This document shows, one piece after another, positions 35,742-45,371 of a stretch of DNA of 64,000 nt; within the stretch, counting starts at the first letter, position 1; every line of letters begins with the position of its first letter. Under the pieces are notes generated by a model. It was not told where the DNA came from. It made no database searches and worked only from the letters and a program-made list of their open reading frames with translations. A program made the translations under genes and the position numbers. Origin of the DNA: Candidatus Moraniibacteriota bacterium (GTDB taxonomy: Bacteria > Patescibacteriota > Minisyncoccia > Moranbacterales > GWC2-37-73). The stretch lies in contig JAAXUC010000001.1 of the NCBI GenBank assembly GCA_013336225.1, positions 35,949-99,948 of the forward strand, given 5' to 3'.

Positions 35742-35813
35742 TACCCTCAGCAGGAATCGGACCTACATAACAAGCTTAGAAGGCTTGTGTTCTATCCATT
35801 GAACTATGAGGGC
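35742..35813 (-). tRNA. tRNA-Arg (anticodon TCT)
   Basis: Reverse complement GCCCTCATAGTTCAATGGATAGAACACAAGCCTTCTAAGCTTGTTATGTAGGTCCGATTCCTGCTGAGGGTA. D-stem GTTC/GAAC, anticodon loop CTTCTAA. Confidence 0.8.
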
Positions 35814-35829
35814 AAGTCCTCCCTAAAAA

Positions 35830-35989
35830 AGGATGTGGGTTATGCAGGATTTCTGCTCGCTCCGACTCGCAGCCTGGGTGCTACGCACAGAATGCTCGTA
35901 TTCCTCGCATCCTACTCGCACCCTTCGAATCTTTGCATATTTTAAATATTTTTTAAAAACTCTAAAAATAAAGAATTTTTAAAAAAATG
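35830..35989 (-). repeat. tRNA-Lys-associated mini-element. A GC-rich core of about 90 nt with a GAGCATTC box is bounded on one side by the intact tRNA-Lys 3' end and on the other by a 19-nt direct repeat of it (ATGTGGGTTATGCAGGATT on the + strand).
   Basis: The 19-nt identity between 35833-35851 and 35988-36006 was read directly. The arrangement is the attL/attR-like signature of insertion at a tRNA 3' end. Confidence 0.55.
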
Positions 35990-36062
35990 TGGGTTATGCA
36001 GGATTCGAACCTGCGACCGTCGGCTTAAGAGGCCGCTGCTCTACCAACTGAGCTAATAACCC
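35990..36062 (-). tRNA. tRNA-Lys (anticodon CTT)
   Basis: Reverse complement GGGTTATTAGCTCAGTTGGTAGAGCAGCGGCCTCTTAAGCCGACGGTCGCAGGTTCGAATCCTGCATAACCCA. It closely parallels canonical bacterial tRNA-Lys. Confidence 0.85.
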
Positions 36063-36125
36063 AAATTTTTAATAACTAGCCAAGTATAGCAGGTTTCTTG
36101 TGGTTAGTCAATCGGATAAAAAGGC

Positions 36126-37457
36126 TTACCTCTTTGTATTTGCAGCTGCTTTGGCCATATCCCTGAGCATTTTTTTATAATCCTTCCATTCATTTTCGGA
36201 CCAATTGGCTGGTTTTGCACTCAAAGTTGGTCCTCCTGGATGAGGATATCTGTATGGCGAGCCATAGGAACTGTTGAAAACATCATTGATCAACTCTGTG
36301 CCATTTTTGTCCAGCACGGTTTGAGTGAAATGTGCCTTGAGTGAGCCATCTGGTTGCCTATCTGTGGTATATGGTCCATCCACGGTGGTTTTTCTGCCAT
36401 CATCAGTTCCATAAAATGAGAACGTTAAAACTGTGCCTTCTATTTTTGCTTGAATGAGAATGTGATTCGGGGTGTTGTTCAAAAAGCGCAAATCTGGATT
36501 TGGAATATATATTGTTGAATCCATCCCTTGGGGATTGTAATAGGAAACGGGGTAGGCATGATTTCTGCGAGCGGTTATTTTTAAGCCGGAATAAATGGCG
36601 GCCCTGAAAGCTGTGCTGGAAACTTGGCAGACTCCACCACCAAATTCTGGTTCAGTGACATTATTTTTGATCACCAATTCAGGCAGATAGCCATGTTCAG
36701 CGTCAACTTCTCCAAGATTTTTCACAAAAGAAAATTCTTCTCCTGGTTTTATCAGCAGGCCATTGAAACGCGCCGTGGCAACTTTGATGTTGAAAACTCG
36801 ATTTTTTGGTGAGCCTTTGAAATTGGATGTGCCTTCGCCAATAAGGGCTGAAACCCCAAGGTTATTGATGTCGCCATAACTACCTTCTTTTTTGATGGAT
36901 TCAAATGGTAGAGAGATTTTTTCAGCAGTTGCTAAATCTTTTTTATTGAGGATATCGGTGATGGCCACTAAACTTTTTTCTATATCAAGTGCGACTCCTG
37001 GTTGGGGCTCTGAAAAAGTGACAACTTTTCCGTCTTCAACTTTAAATTTTGCATCAATGGAATCATGATTAACTTTGCGAGCCAAATCTTCCAAATATGT
37101 TTTGATGGCTTGAGTGTTTATGTTTGACTCCGAAGACAGTAATAGGTGACTGCGCTGGATTCTGGTCAAAGTGAGAGCACAAAAAAACTCATCCACTGGG
37201 CAGATTGTGGAATTTTCGATTTCGCTTTTAAGGTTTGGGGAAAGCGAAAAAGAAGTTGAGTGAGAAACCCAGCTATTCAGCAGGTCTTGAGAAATTGGTT
37301 CTGAATATTGATCGACAGCGATGGTTAGACTTGTTGCATTCATTGTTTCAGTTGCTGATTGCACATCTGAAGCTTGCGCAACCTGAGAGGTTACGAGCAG
37401 AAGTAGTATTAAAAAAGCTGTGTAAGAGTATTTTTGCATAGATTCAGCATACTGCAA
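36126..37457 (-). CDS. VanW-like domain secreted protein
   Basis: A signal peptide is present. The C-terminal region (GGGVCQVSSTAFRAAIYSGLKITARRNHAYPVSYY...G.DSTIY) fits the VanW-family pattern. Confidence 0.55.
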   Translation of the reverse strand: MQYAESMQKYSYTAFLILLLLVTSQVAQASDVQSATETMNATSLTIAVDQYSEPISQDLLNSWVSHSTSFSLSPNLKSEIENSTICPVDEFFCALTLTRIQRSHLLLSSESNINTQAIKTYLEDLARKVNHDSIDAKFKVEDGKVVTFSEPQPGVALDIEKSLVAITDILNKKDLATAEKISLPFESIKKEGSYGDINNLGVSALIGEGTSNFKGSPKNRVFNIKVATARFNGLLIKPGEEFSFVKNLGEVDAEHGYLPELVIKNNVTEPEFGGGVCQVSSTAFRAAIYSGLKITARRNHAYPVSYYNPQGMDSTIYIPNPDLRFLNNTPNHILIQAKIEGTVLTFSFYGTDDGRKTTVDGPYTTDRQPDGSLKAHFTQTVLDKNGTELINDVFNSSYGSPYRYPHPGGPTLSAKPANWSENEWKDYKKMLRDMAKAAANTKR

Positions 37458-37591
37458 TTTTTGGATTATATCAAGAGTGTTGCAGGTTTTAGTTTTTAGA
37501 ATTTTAATTTTTTCTAATCAAAAAAGAAGACACAGTGTCTCCTTTTCTGCAACTCTAAAGCCTAAAAGCTAAGAACTAAAAGCTGATTTAT

Positions 37592-38113
37592 TTAGAATCC
37601 TCGCACTTGAATGCGTTTAATTTTGGTGGTGTCTGCTTTCGGAAGACGAATTGTCAAGATTCCATTTTTAAGGGAGGCTTCTGCTTTGTCTGAGATGATG
37701 TCGACAGGAAGCACAACTGAGCGTGAAAAATGTCCCCAATAACATTCTTGGTAATAATAATTTTCCACACTGACAGCTTCTTCATTTTTGCGTTCACCTT
37801 TGATGGTCACCATGTCGTTGTTGATGGAAACATCAAGATCCTCGGGTTTCACTCCTGCGATTGTTGATTTGATCACAATTTCCATGTCAGTTTGATAGAC
37901 ATCGATGGTGAGTTGTCCTTCTGCATCGCTGGAAAAATTTTCTTCTTCAGCGTACATGTGTTGCTGATGCTGTTGTGGCTCAGCGCGCATGATCATTTCT
38001 GTTTCCTCTTCTTCTGCATATATTGGCATATTTGATTGTTCCTGACGTCCATCTGAATCAATCGAAGTTGATCCAGTTACACGCTCGAAAAATGATTTTT
38101 TTGTTTTTAGCAT
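37592..38113 (-). CDS. Hsp20/alpha-crystallin family small heat-shock protein with an N-terminal extension
   Basis: The C-terminal ACD ends with GILTIRLPK (compare IbpA GVLTVTLPK). The upstream block is ...DVYQTDMEIVIKSTIAGVKPEDLDV. Confidence 0.75.
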   Translation of the reverse strand: MLKTKKSFFERVTGSTSIDSDGRQEQSNMPIYAEEEETEMIMRAEPQQHQQHMYAEEENFSSDAEGQLTIDVYQTDMEIVIKSTIAGVKPEDLDVSINNDMVTIKGERKNEEAVSVENYYYQECYWGHFSRSVVLPVDIISDKAEASLKNGILTIRLPKADTTKIKRIQVRGF

Positions 38114-38201
38114 AAAATTATATTTGAACCACCGACCAAGAAGATCGCTGATTTCCCCCTATTAAAAAATTAAGCCCCATATGAATATTATATGATGATT
38201 T

Positions 38202-38780
38202 TCAGTTCTGGGCAAGCTTGCTATTGATTCTAAAAATGTTGATAAAGTTATAAAGAATTAGCATTGCAAGTAAACCTAAGATTGCATAATTCATAACAAA
38301 TGTTCTGTTTAGGATTAAGAGATTGTAGGATCCATGAAAAAAAGTTGCCACCAAGATGGTTTGCAGTATCGTACTTATTTTTTTGGGATTTTTGATTGCC
38401 ACGAAATATCCGATGATGCCAGCTGTGCCAATATGAATGATGGCAATTTCGCTCAAAATTTGAATTTCAGGCAGGGCGCCGCTGATTGAGATTAGTGCCA
38501 GTTCGGTTGCAAAAAATCCAGCTCCCATTAAAAAAGAATTCATGATGTATGATCTTTTCAGGGATAGGAGGTCGATTTTTTTGGAGATGATAATATATTT
38601 GAAAATTTCTTCAGTGCAAGCCCCAGCAATTATTAGTTGGGGAATTGAAAAAAGTTGCGAAAAAGAAATGTCAGAAACTGAGCTTGTTGACATGGAAAAA
38701 ATCACGAAAACAACCAGCTCAATGATGAGTGCGCCAAGGGCTGCAATTATTCCCCAAAAAAATGATTCTAACTGTCGCAT
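38202..38780 (-). CDS. CPBP (CAAX protease/Abi) family intramembrane metalloprotease
   Basis: A multi-TM protein with an EE-containing motif (TEEIFKY) and H-x3-N (FFHGSYN). Moderate support. Confidence 0.55.
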   Translation of the reverse strand: MRQLESFFWGIIAALGALIIELVVFVIFSMSTSSVSDISFSQLFSIPQLIIAGACTEEIFKYIIISKKIDLLSLKRSYIMNSFLMGAGFFATELALISISGALPEIQILSEIAIIHIGTAGIIGYFVAIKNPKKISTILQTILVATFFHGSYNLLILNRTFVMNYAILGLLAMLILYNFINIFRINSKLAQN

Positions 38781-38786
38781 GATTTT

Positions 38787-41420
38787 TTATGATAATGTGG
38801 CCAGATGTTTTTTGAGCTCAATAAGCTCTGCTTGTTTTTTTGCTAGTGTTTCTTTTTGCTGACTGATGACTTGCGCGGGAGCCTTGGAAACAAAAGTTTC
38901 ATTTGAAAGTCTCTCTGTCAAACCTGAAACAAATTTTTCAATGTTCTCAATTTCCTTGGTGATCTTTTCTTTCTCTTTGTCTGTGTCGATGGCATTGGCC
39001 AAATGAATGTGAAGATCAATTTCTCCCAAAGTCCTTTTAACTGAACTTTCTAATTCTGCTCCAGCTTCATTGTATTTAATTGTTTCAATACCAGTCTTGA
39101 GTCGCTTGATGAGGTCTTCTTGAAAAGCTGATTTGAGCGCATCAAGCAGGCTTACATTTTCGCAGTTCAGGCAGATGGTGATTTTTTTCCCAAGCTCGAT
39201 TTTGTTTTCGGTGCGGACATTTCTGACCGTGGTAATGATATTTTGAATCATTTCAAAATTATTTTTTCCAATTTCTAATGTTGAAAGATTGGAAATTTTT
39301 GGCCAGGCAGAAATGATGAGCATTTTTTCAATCTGGGCCAATTCCCAAATATGTTCAGTGATAAAAGGCATAAATGGGTGCCAGAGGCGCAGGATTTTAT
39401 CTAAGACATAACCAAGCACTGCTTGATTTTTTTCAAGCTTGTTTGTTTCTACATACCAATCGGCAAAATCATTCCAAGTGAATGTCTTGAGCACATCAGC
39501 TGCCATGGCAATTTGCTTGCCGGCAAAGAGCTTGTTGATTTCAGTGATGGTTGCATCCAATTTAGAAATAATCCAAGCATCAGCTGGAGTTTTCACGTCT
39601 TCGTTTTCGATATTTTCGACCAATTTGAAATTTTCTTGGCTCAGGCAAAAACGTGAAATGTTCCAAAGCTTGTTGGCAAAATTTCGAAAGGTTTCAATTT
39701 TTTCTTCATACAATCGAGAATCTTGCCCAGGAGCAGAGTCCATAATGAGGCTCATGCGCAAGGCGTCAGCTCCAAACTTATCAATCATTAAAAGCGGATC
39801 GATTCCATTTCCTCGCGATTTGGAAAATTTATGACCTTCCTTATCCAAACCAAGTCCAGTGAAGAATAAATTTTTGAAAGGAGCTTCTCCAGTCTTATAG
39901 ATCCCTAACATTATCATGCGCGCTGCCCAGAAAAAAAGCAGATCACGACCCATGATCATCATGTCAGTGGGATAAAAGTCTTCATAATCATTTCCATGCG
40001 CCTTGAGTGTCGTATATGGCCATTGATTCGAAGTGAACCAGGTGTCAAAAGTGTTTTCATCCTGCGTTAATTTTGTGCCATTGCAATGAGGACACGCTTT
40101 GGGTTTTTCCAGTGAGACAATATATTTTTCTACTCCACAAGTTTCGCAATACCAAACAGGGAATTGTGGACCCCACCAAATTTGACGGCTGATGCACCAG
40201 TCGCGCATATTGTCGAACCAATCGATGAGAACTTTTTGAAAATTATTAGGAAAAATTTCAATCTGTGCATTTTCAACAACTTTCCTTGCTTCATTTTTCA
40301 ATGAATATGTTTTGGCATCAACATTGATGAACCATTGGCTGGAAGTCAAAGGTTCGAGGATGGTTTTGCAACGCTCACAAATGGAAACGGCATGCGAAAG
40401 TTCTTCAATTTTTTCCAAGAGATGCAATTTTTCCAAATCTTTCAAAACTGCTTCGCGTGCTTCATGCACGGTAAGTCCTGCATATTTACCGCCAAATTCA
40501 GTGATCAATGCTTTTTCATCGATGATTTGAATTTCTGTCAAATTATGGTCTTTGCCAATTTCCCAATCGAGTGGATCATGCGCCGGAGTGATTTTCACTG
40601 CGCCAGTTCCAAAAGACAAATCAATGCGTTGGTCGGCAATGACGGGGATGATGGTGTTTTGCAAAGGCAAGATGATGTTCTTGCCAACCAATTTTGCATA
40701 GCGCTTGTCTTTAGGATTGACTGCCACGGCTGTGTCTCCCAGCATTGTTTCAGGCCTCGTGGTGGCAACAGTGATGAATTCTTCAGAATTTTCCAGCGGA
40801 TATTTGATGAAATATAATTTTCCAGGAGTGTCTTTGTGATGCACTTCCACATCTGAAAGGGCGGTGGCGCAGCGCGGACACCAATTAATGATTCTTTTGC
40901 CTTTATAAATCAAGCCGTCTTCATGCATTTTTACAAAGGTTTCAAGTGCAGTTTTCAGCACATCGGGGTCAAGCGTGAATTTTTCGCGTGACCAATCAGC
41001 AGAAATTCCAATCTTTTTTTCTTGACTGCGCATGTAGTTGGCGCGGTCAAGGCAGAAGGCGTAAGTTTTTTTGTAGAATTCTCCACGTCCAACTTCTTGG
41101 CGAGAGAGTCCCTCTTCGGCTTGCAATTTTTTTTCAAAAACCACCTGGGTTTGAATGCCGGCATGATCTTTGCCAGGCAAAAGCAAGGTCTTTTTGCCAT
41201 TCATGCGGGCGTAACGTCCAAAAATGTCCATAATGGTATATCCGCTGGCATGACCGATGTGCAGTTCTCCATTGGCGTTTGGCGGTGGAAGTACATTGCA
41301 ATGTGTGCCAACTGTATTTTGCAAATTGTCAGGATTAAAACACCCGCTTTTTTCCCAACGTGCATAAATCTCATCCTCAACTTTTTGCGGTTCATATATT
41401 TTTGGAAGTTCTTTGTTCAT
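38787..41420 (-). CDS. valS: Valine--tRNA ligase
   Basis: The HIGH motif (PPPNANGELHIGHA), KMSKS (KFSKSRGN), the editing domain, a C-terminal coiled coil and a length of 877 aa all fit. Confidence 0.95.
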   Translation of the reverse strand: MNKELPKIYEPQKVEDEIYARWEKSGCFNPDNLQNTVGTHCNVLPPPNANGELHIGHASGYTIMDIFGRYARMNGKKTLLLPGKDHAGIQTQVVFEKKLQAEEGLSRQEVGRGEFYKKTYAFCLDRANYMRSQEKKIGISADWSREKFTLDPDVLKTALETFVKMHEDGLIYKGKRIINWCPRCATALSDVEVHHKDTPGKLYFIKYPLENSEEFITVATTRPETMLGDTAVAVNPKDKRYAKLVGKNIILPLQNTIIPVIADQRIDLSFGTGAVKITPAHDPLDWEIGKDHNLTEIQIIDEKALITEFGGKYAGLTVHEAREAVLKDLEKLHLLEKIEELSHAVSICERCKTILEPLTSSQWFINVDAKTYSLKNEARKVVENAQIEIFPNNFQKVLIDWFDNMRDWCISRQIWWGPQFPVWYCETCGVEKYIVSLEKPKACPHCNGTKLTQDENTFDTWFTSNQWPYTTLKAHGNDYEDFYPTDMMIMGRDLLFFWAARMIMLGIYKTGEAPFKNLFFTGLGLDKEGHKFSKSRGNGIDPLLMIDKFGADALRMSLIMDSAPGQDSRLYEEKIETFRNFANKLWNISRFCLSQENFKLVENIENEDVKTPADAWIISKLDATITEINKLFAGKQIAMAADVLKTFTWNDFADWYVETNKLEKNQAVLGYVLDKILRLWHPFMPFITEHIWELAQIEKMLIISAWPKISNLSTLEIGKNNFEMIQNIITTVRNVRTENKIELGKKITICLNCENVSLLDALKSAFQEDLIKRLKTGIETIKYNEAGAELESSVKRTLGEIDLHIHLANAIDTDKEKEKITKEIENIEKFVSGLTERLSNETFVSKAPAQVISQQKETLAKKQAELIELKKHLATLS

Positions 41421-41534
41421 GTGTGATGCTAATCTGCGAATAAACGCTAATCAACGAATTGCGAATAATGCTTCAATATTTGTAATTATAGTCTTATCGT
41501 AGCAAATAAAAGGATATTTTTCAAGGAAAGGCAA

Positions 41535-41566
41535 GAAAAAAAGGAGTTGCGGCGCAACTCCTTTTT
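41535..41566 (-). terminator. Rho-independent terminator for the minus-strand gene at 41575-41934
   Basis: GGAGTTGCGGCGCAACTCC forms a stem with an A-run on the plus strand, which is a U-run on the minus transcript. Confidence 0.6.
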
Positions 41567-41574
41567 AATGGTTG

Positions 41575-41934
41575 TCATTTCAATTCCTCGAGCATTGCAT
41601 ATTGAACATCGGGCCAAAGAACATCAGATGATGCTTTTGTGAGCAATGTCTTGAATTTGGTGAGTTCATCGCCAGAGAGTGTTTCTTTGATAAATTGGAC
41701 AAACAACATTCTTGGTTGCATGCTGTCATTTTCATTGAAAACGGTTTCCAATCCACTCAAAAACTTATCAATCCTTTCTTCCGCGATATTTTTTTTCAGA
41801 TCCTCTTCGCATTTTGCCAGGCGCAACTTTAATTCAGGATCAACATTTGTCTTGGTGGCAATCTGCGTGTGATAAAGATCATCAGCAAGTTGTTTAACGT
41901 CGATATCCAATTCAACAAAATCAGTTTCTTTCAT
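41575..41934 (-). CDS. Hypothetical protein (119 aa)
   Basis: An ORF with a downstream terminator. No recognisable motifs. Confidence 0.5.
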   Translation of the reverse strand: MKETDFVELDIDVKQLADDLYHTQIATKTNVDPELKLRLAKCEEDLKKNIAEERIDKFLSGLETVFNENDSMQPRMLFVQFIKETLSGDELTKFKTLLTKASSDVLWPDVQYAMLEELK

Positions 41935-41995
41935 GGTAACCTCCTTTATTTTTTAAGCTGCTAGGATATTTGGCTGATTGTATTGTTGCACAGAG

Positions 41996-43228
41996 TTACT
42001 TCATTTTCAAATTTGCATGCGGTTGCATGGTTTTCCAAGCAGAAATTGATTTTTTTCTTTGCGCGTCTGACATTTTGTTCCAGCGAAAAGCAGCGGCAGC
42101 TGCAATCATGGCAGCATTGTCACCAGTCAAGGATAAGGCTGGGATAATATATGAAACTTCGGACAGATTTTTTTTAATAGCTTCGCCAAGTTGCGCGCGC
42201 AATTCTTTATTGGCACTGACGCCACCAGCCAGCAAAATTGTTTTTGGTTGGTGGGCTTCAGCTGCTTTGATGGTTTTTGCGACAAGCACATCCACAGTTG
42301 CTTGTTGAAATTCATGGCAGATTTCTGTAAGATATTTCTTATCTTTTAAAAGTTCTGGATGTTTTTTGGTTTCATATAGTACCGCAGTCTTGAGTCCGGA
42401 AAAAGAAAAATCATAATTTTTTTTGTTGAGCATTGGGCGTGGAAATTGTATTCCATATTTCGTATCTTGCATCCTATATGAGCCGTTTTGATTTCTGGTT
42501 TTTTCTTTTTGACATTTGTCATTTGGATCTTGAAATTTCTCAGCCATAGCTGAGACGACAGGTCCGCCCGGATAGCCAATTCCTAAAATGCGAGCGACTT
42601 TGTCAAAAGCCTCGCCAACTGCATCGTCCAAGGTTTGTCCGATGATTTCATATTGCAGATGATCTTTCATGAGAACGAGTTGGGTGTGACCACCAGACAC
42701 CACCAAGCATAAAATTGGGAATTTTATGCTTGGTGAATTTTGAATTTTGAATTTTGAATTTTGAACGATGGAAGATTCTTTTTTATTTGTAATTTCTGTA
42801 TTTCGAATTTGTTTGGAATTTAGAATTTGAGATTTAGGATTTACGCTAATGAAATTGGCGTAAATGTGCCCCTCAATATGATGAATTCCCAAAAGTGGCT
42901 TTTCCCAGAGATAGGAGAGGGTTTTGGCATAGCTAACCCCCACTAGCAGCGCTGGGATGAGCCCTGGGCCTTGAGTCACTGCAATGACATCAATGTGCTC
43001 TGGCGAAACTCCGGCCTCTCTCAGGGCAAAATCAAGCAAATGGTCGATATTTTTCACGTGCTCACGAGCGGCCAAGTTTGGCACAACTCCACCCCATTTG
43101 GCATGCAGTTTTATTTGCGAAGAAACCTCGCTGGCTAAAATTGCAAGTCCTTGAGCCGATGATTTCAAAATTGAAATTGCGGTGTCGTCGCAAGAAGTTT
43201 CAATGGAAAGTATTAGATTATTTGACAT
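41996..43228 (-). CDS. tsaD: tRNA N6-adenosine threonylcarbamoyltransferase TsaD (Kae1/Gcp family), carrying heptamer-repeat-derived in-frame insertions
   Basis: Conserved TsaD blocks are present (SIETSCDDTAISIL, GIHHIEGHI, VVSGGHTQL, GEAFDKVARILGIGYPGGP). An insertion of about 40 aa encoded by TTCAAAA/GAATTTT tandem repeats lies at 42733-42840, and a second QDTKYGIQ repeat-derived segment lies near 42405-42480. Confidence 0.85.
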   Translation of the reverse strand: MSNNLILSIETSCDDTAISILKSSAQGLAILASEVSSQIKLHAKWGGVVPNLAAREHVKNIDHLLDFALREAGVSPEHIDVIAVTQGPGLIPALLVGVSYAKTLSYLWEKPLLGIHHIEGHIYANFISVNPKSQILNSKQIRNTEITNKKESSIVQNSKFKIQNSPSIKFPILCLVVSGGHTQLVLMKDHLQYEIIGQTLDDAVGEAFDKVARILGIGYPGGPVVSAMAEKFQDPNDKCQKEKTRNQNGSYRMQDTKYGIQFPRPMLNKKNYDFSFSGLKTAVLYETKKHPELLKDKKYLTEICHEFQQATVDVLVAKTIKAAEAHQPKTILLAGGVSANKELRAQLGEAIKKNLSEVSYIIPALSLTGDNAAMIAAAAAFRWNKMSDAQRKKSISAWKTMQPHANLKMK

Positions 43229-43326
43229 ATTTATGCTATTATTGTAATATACGACTTCAATAAGGATGTTTCAGCGTAATAGTTTTCTGATGTTTTGGGC
43301 ATGTAATCGTTAAACGATTCTACCAT

Positions 43327-44094
43327 ATGCAAGCGAAAATGAAAAGCCTGACAATCAAACCATCTTCTCGCAAAATTTTGCGAACTTCTGGTGTTAAACC
43401 TGGTCTCTTTAGGCGAAAAACTGATTTGCCATTCAGCATGTCGCAGCAGCTCATTTTGTCCCGAGAATTTTTTCTTGGAAATCATAACGATTCCTTGTAT
43501 CGCAGGAGCAGCGATTTGGATCGTGTTAAAAGTTTGAGCGACAATGAGCTCATTGTGGTTATCTGCACACAAAACAGGGAGGCATATAAAGAATTATTTT
43601 TGCGCTATCAGAAAAAACTTTTCACCTATATCTATCACCTGGTTGGAAACAGGGAAGAAACTGAGGACATCTTGCAAAATGTTTTTTCCAAGACATATAA
43701 AAGCATTAAGCACTTTGACACCTCACGAAAATTTTCTTCTTGGATCTATCGCATCGCGCACAATGAATCCGTGAATTATCTGAAACGTAAAAGCAAGCGC
43801 TACACTGTTTCCTGGGACGACATCACCACTAGTAAAGACAAATTAGACAGCGCTTCAAATGAGGAACTGCCAGAAGACCGAATGGGACATCAAGAAATTG
43901 TGAAACAAATGGATTTGGCCATGCTAAAAATTCCGCCAAAATATCAAGAAGTTTTGCGCTTGCGCTATTTCAATGAATATTCCTACGAAGAAATGGGAAA
44001 AATCTTGGGAAAACCCCTTAACACCGTGGGAACACTTATTAATAGAGCCAAAAAGAAATTGCTTGAAGTGGTGGAAAAAGACGAAAAAAAATAA
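43327..44094 (+). CDS. ECF-type RNA polymerase sigma factor (sigma-70 regions 2 and 4) with an N-terminal extension of about 80 aa
   Basis: Region 2 is ELFLRYQKKLFTYIYHLVGNREETEDILQNVF...WIYRIAHNESVNYLKRK, and region 4 is YQEVLRLRYFNEYSYEEMGKILGKPLNTVGTLINRAKKKL. Confidence 0.75.
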   Translation: MQAKMKSLTIKPSSRKILRTSGVKPGLFRRKTDLPFSMSQQLILSREFFLGNHNDSLYRRSSDLDRVKSLSDNELIVVICTQNREAYKELFLRYQKKLFTYIYHLVGNREETEDILQNVFSKTYKSIKHFDTSRKFSSWIYRIAHNESVNYLKRKSKRYTVSWDDITTSKDKLDSASNEELPEDRMGHQEIVKQMDLAMLKIPPKYQEVLRLRYFNEYSYEEMGKILGKPLNTVGTLINRAKKKLLEVVEKDEKK

Positions 44095-44431
44095 AAAATC
44101 CATATGATGCGGATGTTGCAATCTTTGTGGTGATGATGGGATTGCCAAAACATTGTCCAGAAATTGTTGATCAATTAAAGACTGGAGCATTTAAGACTGG
44201 GGCTGAAATTGATGATGTTCTGTTTGCTGGAAGCATATATCTGAGAAACCTTATTTTTGAAGAATTAGGTTTTAGTCTTAATGATTTGGATAAGAAAAAA
44301 ATGGAAACCAAGAAATGATACTTGTTTACAGAAAGAATAAGAAAAGAGCCTTTGGTGATTTCTCCAAAGGCTCTGATTTTATAATGATTGAGATGTCTTT
44401 TTAGACGGTTCTTGTTTCATCTCCTGTGTTT

Positions 44432-44698
44432 TCATCTGAATATGTAGTGAGTGAAAAAATCCTGCATGAAAGTCTGCTTGTTTACGAAATACCATGTTAC
44501 CCACATTATTGCACTTGCAGTGATGAAGCAAGCAACAAACAGCATGGCAATCAAATGTTCTATCTCTCTTGCGTTTGCCATCATTAATGTGCCAGCGATA
44601 ATGAAAATGACTGTCAGCATGACCAAAATCGTCGTTTGAAGGAAATATCCGAATACAAATCCGAGTACTATGAGAACTGGCCAGATAATTACTTCCAT
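44432..44698 (-). CDS. Hypothetical small membrane protein (88 aa, 3 TM)
   Basis: A hydrophobic ORF downstream of, and convergent with, the ECF sigma gene. Confidence 0.4.
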   Translation of the reverse strand: MEVIIWPVLIVLGFVFGYFLQTTILVMLTVIFIIAGTLMMANAREIEHLIAMLFVACFITASAIMWVTWYFVNKQTFMQDFFTHYIFR

Positions 44699-44728
44699 AC
44701 TCTTATCCTTTCTTGGGTGTGATGTTTT

Positions 44729-45076
44729 TTACAATGAAGCCATGCAGATTGCAGAGAAAAACTCTTTGAGAAATTCCTTTTTGATATACACCCAGATCAT
44801 TCCCATGCGGTTCGTGAGTTGAATACTGATGTAGCCGTTTTTCGTGAACAGGGTGCTACGAAGTTGATCATGAATGATAATGCCAATATCGGTCGAAAAT
44901 TTCTCCAGCATTTCATTTACTCTTCCGTACGAAACCCTCTGAAGCACAAACGGAACGGACACATCATTTACAACCAACTCTCCTGATTTCATGGTACTTG
45001 TCAGTTTATTGCCATCTTTGAGATTTTTGATACAAAAACTGTCTCCCCGTGGTTGACTTTGAATTTGCAGTTTCAT
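44729..45076 (-). CDS. Hypothetical protein (115 aa)
   Basis: An ORF with no recognisable motifs. Confidence 0.4.
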   Translation of the reverse strand: MKLQIQSQPRGDSFCIKNLKDGNKLTSTMKSGELVVNDVSVPFVLQRVSYGRVNEMLEKFSTDIGIIIHDQLRSTLFTKNGYISIQLTNRMGMIWVYIKKEFLKEFFSAICMASL

Positions 45077-45185
45077 TTGCGTGCTCCTTTTTAGCTTAAA
45101 ATAGCTGCTGATTTGAATTGTTAAACAACGTGAAATATTAGCATACTTTGCCTAATTAGTCAATGTTTTTATAGAGTGTGGCGCC

Positions 45186-45371
45186 AAGGAGAATTTGCGC
45201 GTCGTTTTCTGCTAAAAACTCCTTGTCCGCGGCAGCGCTAAATGCTCGCTCGCTCTCATTTATCGGCGTTCGATTATTCGCCTTCGCTCATATCTCACTG
45301 CTGCCGAGTCCGATTCTCATGGCGCTAGACAAATTTAAAAGCCATCATTACTGATGACTTTTAAAAATTTG
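45186..45371 (+). repeat. tRNA-associated GC-rich element B, MITE-like. Its terminal inverted repeats are copies of the tRNA-Glu T-arm/acceptor 3' end, the core carries AAATGCTC and CGGCGTTCG boxes, and a short hairpin follows. It abuts tRNA-Glu.
   Basis: The left end TGGCGCCAAGGAGAAT and the right end GAGTCCGATTCTCATGGCGCTA (reverse complement TAGCGCCATGAGAATCGGACTC) both mimic the tRNA-Glu 3' end (GGAGTCCGATTCTCCTTGGCGCTA). The core 45230-45330 aligns with element A 35390-35500 and with 52085-52142. Confidence 0.55.

Noticed and set aside
44127-44318. A 63-aa GTG-start ORF downstream of the ECF sigma gene, considered as a possible anti-sigma factor
   Set aside because: It has a GTG start with no RBS, no TM helix, and no HxxxCxxC zinc-anti-sigma motif. 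Coding status is not supported.
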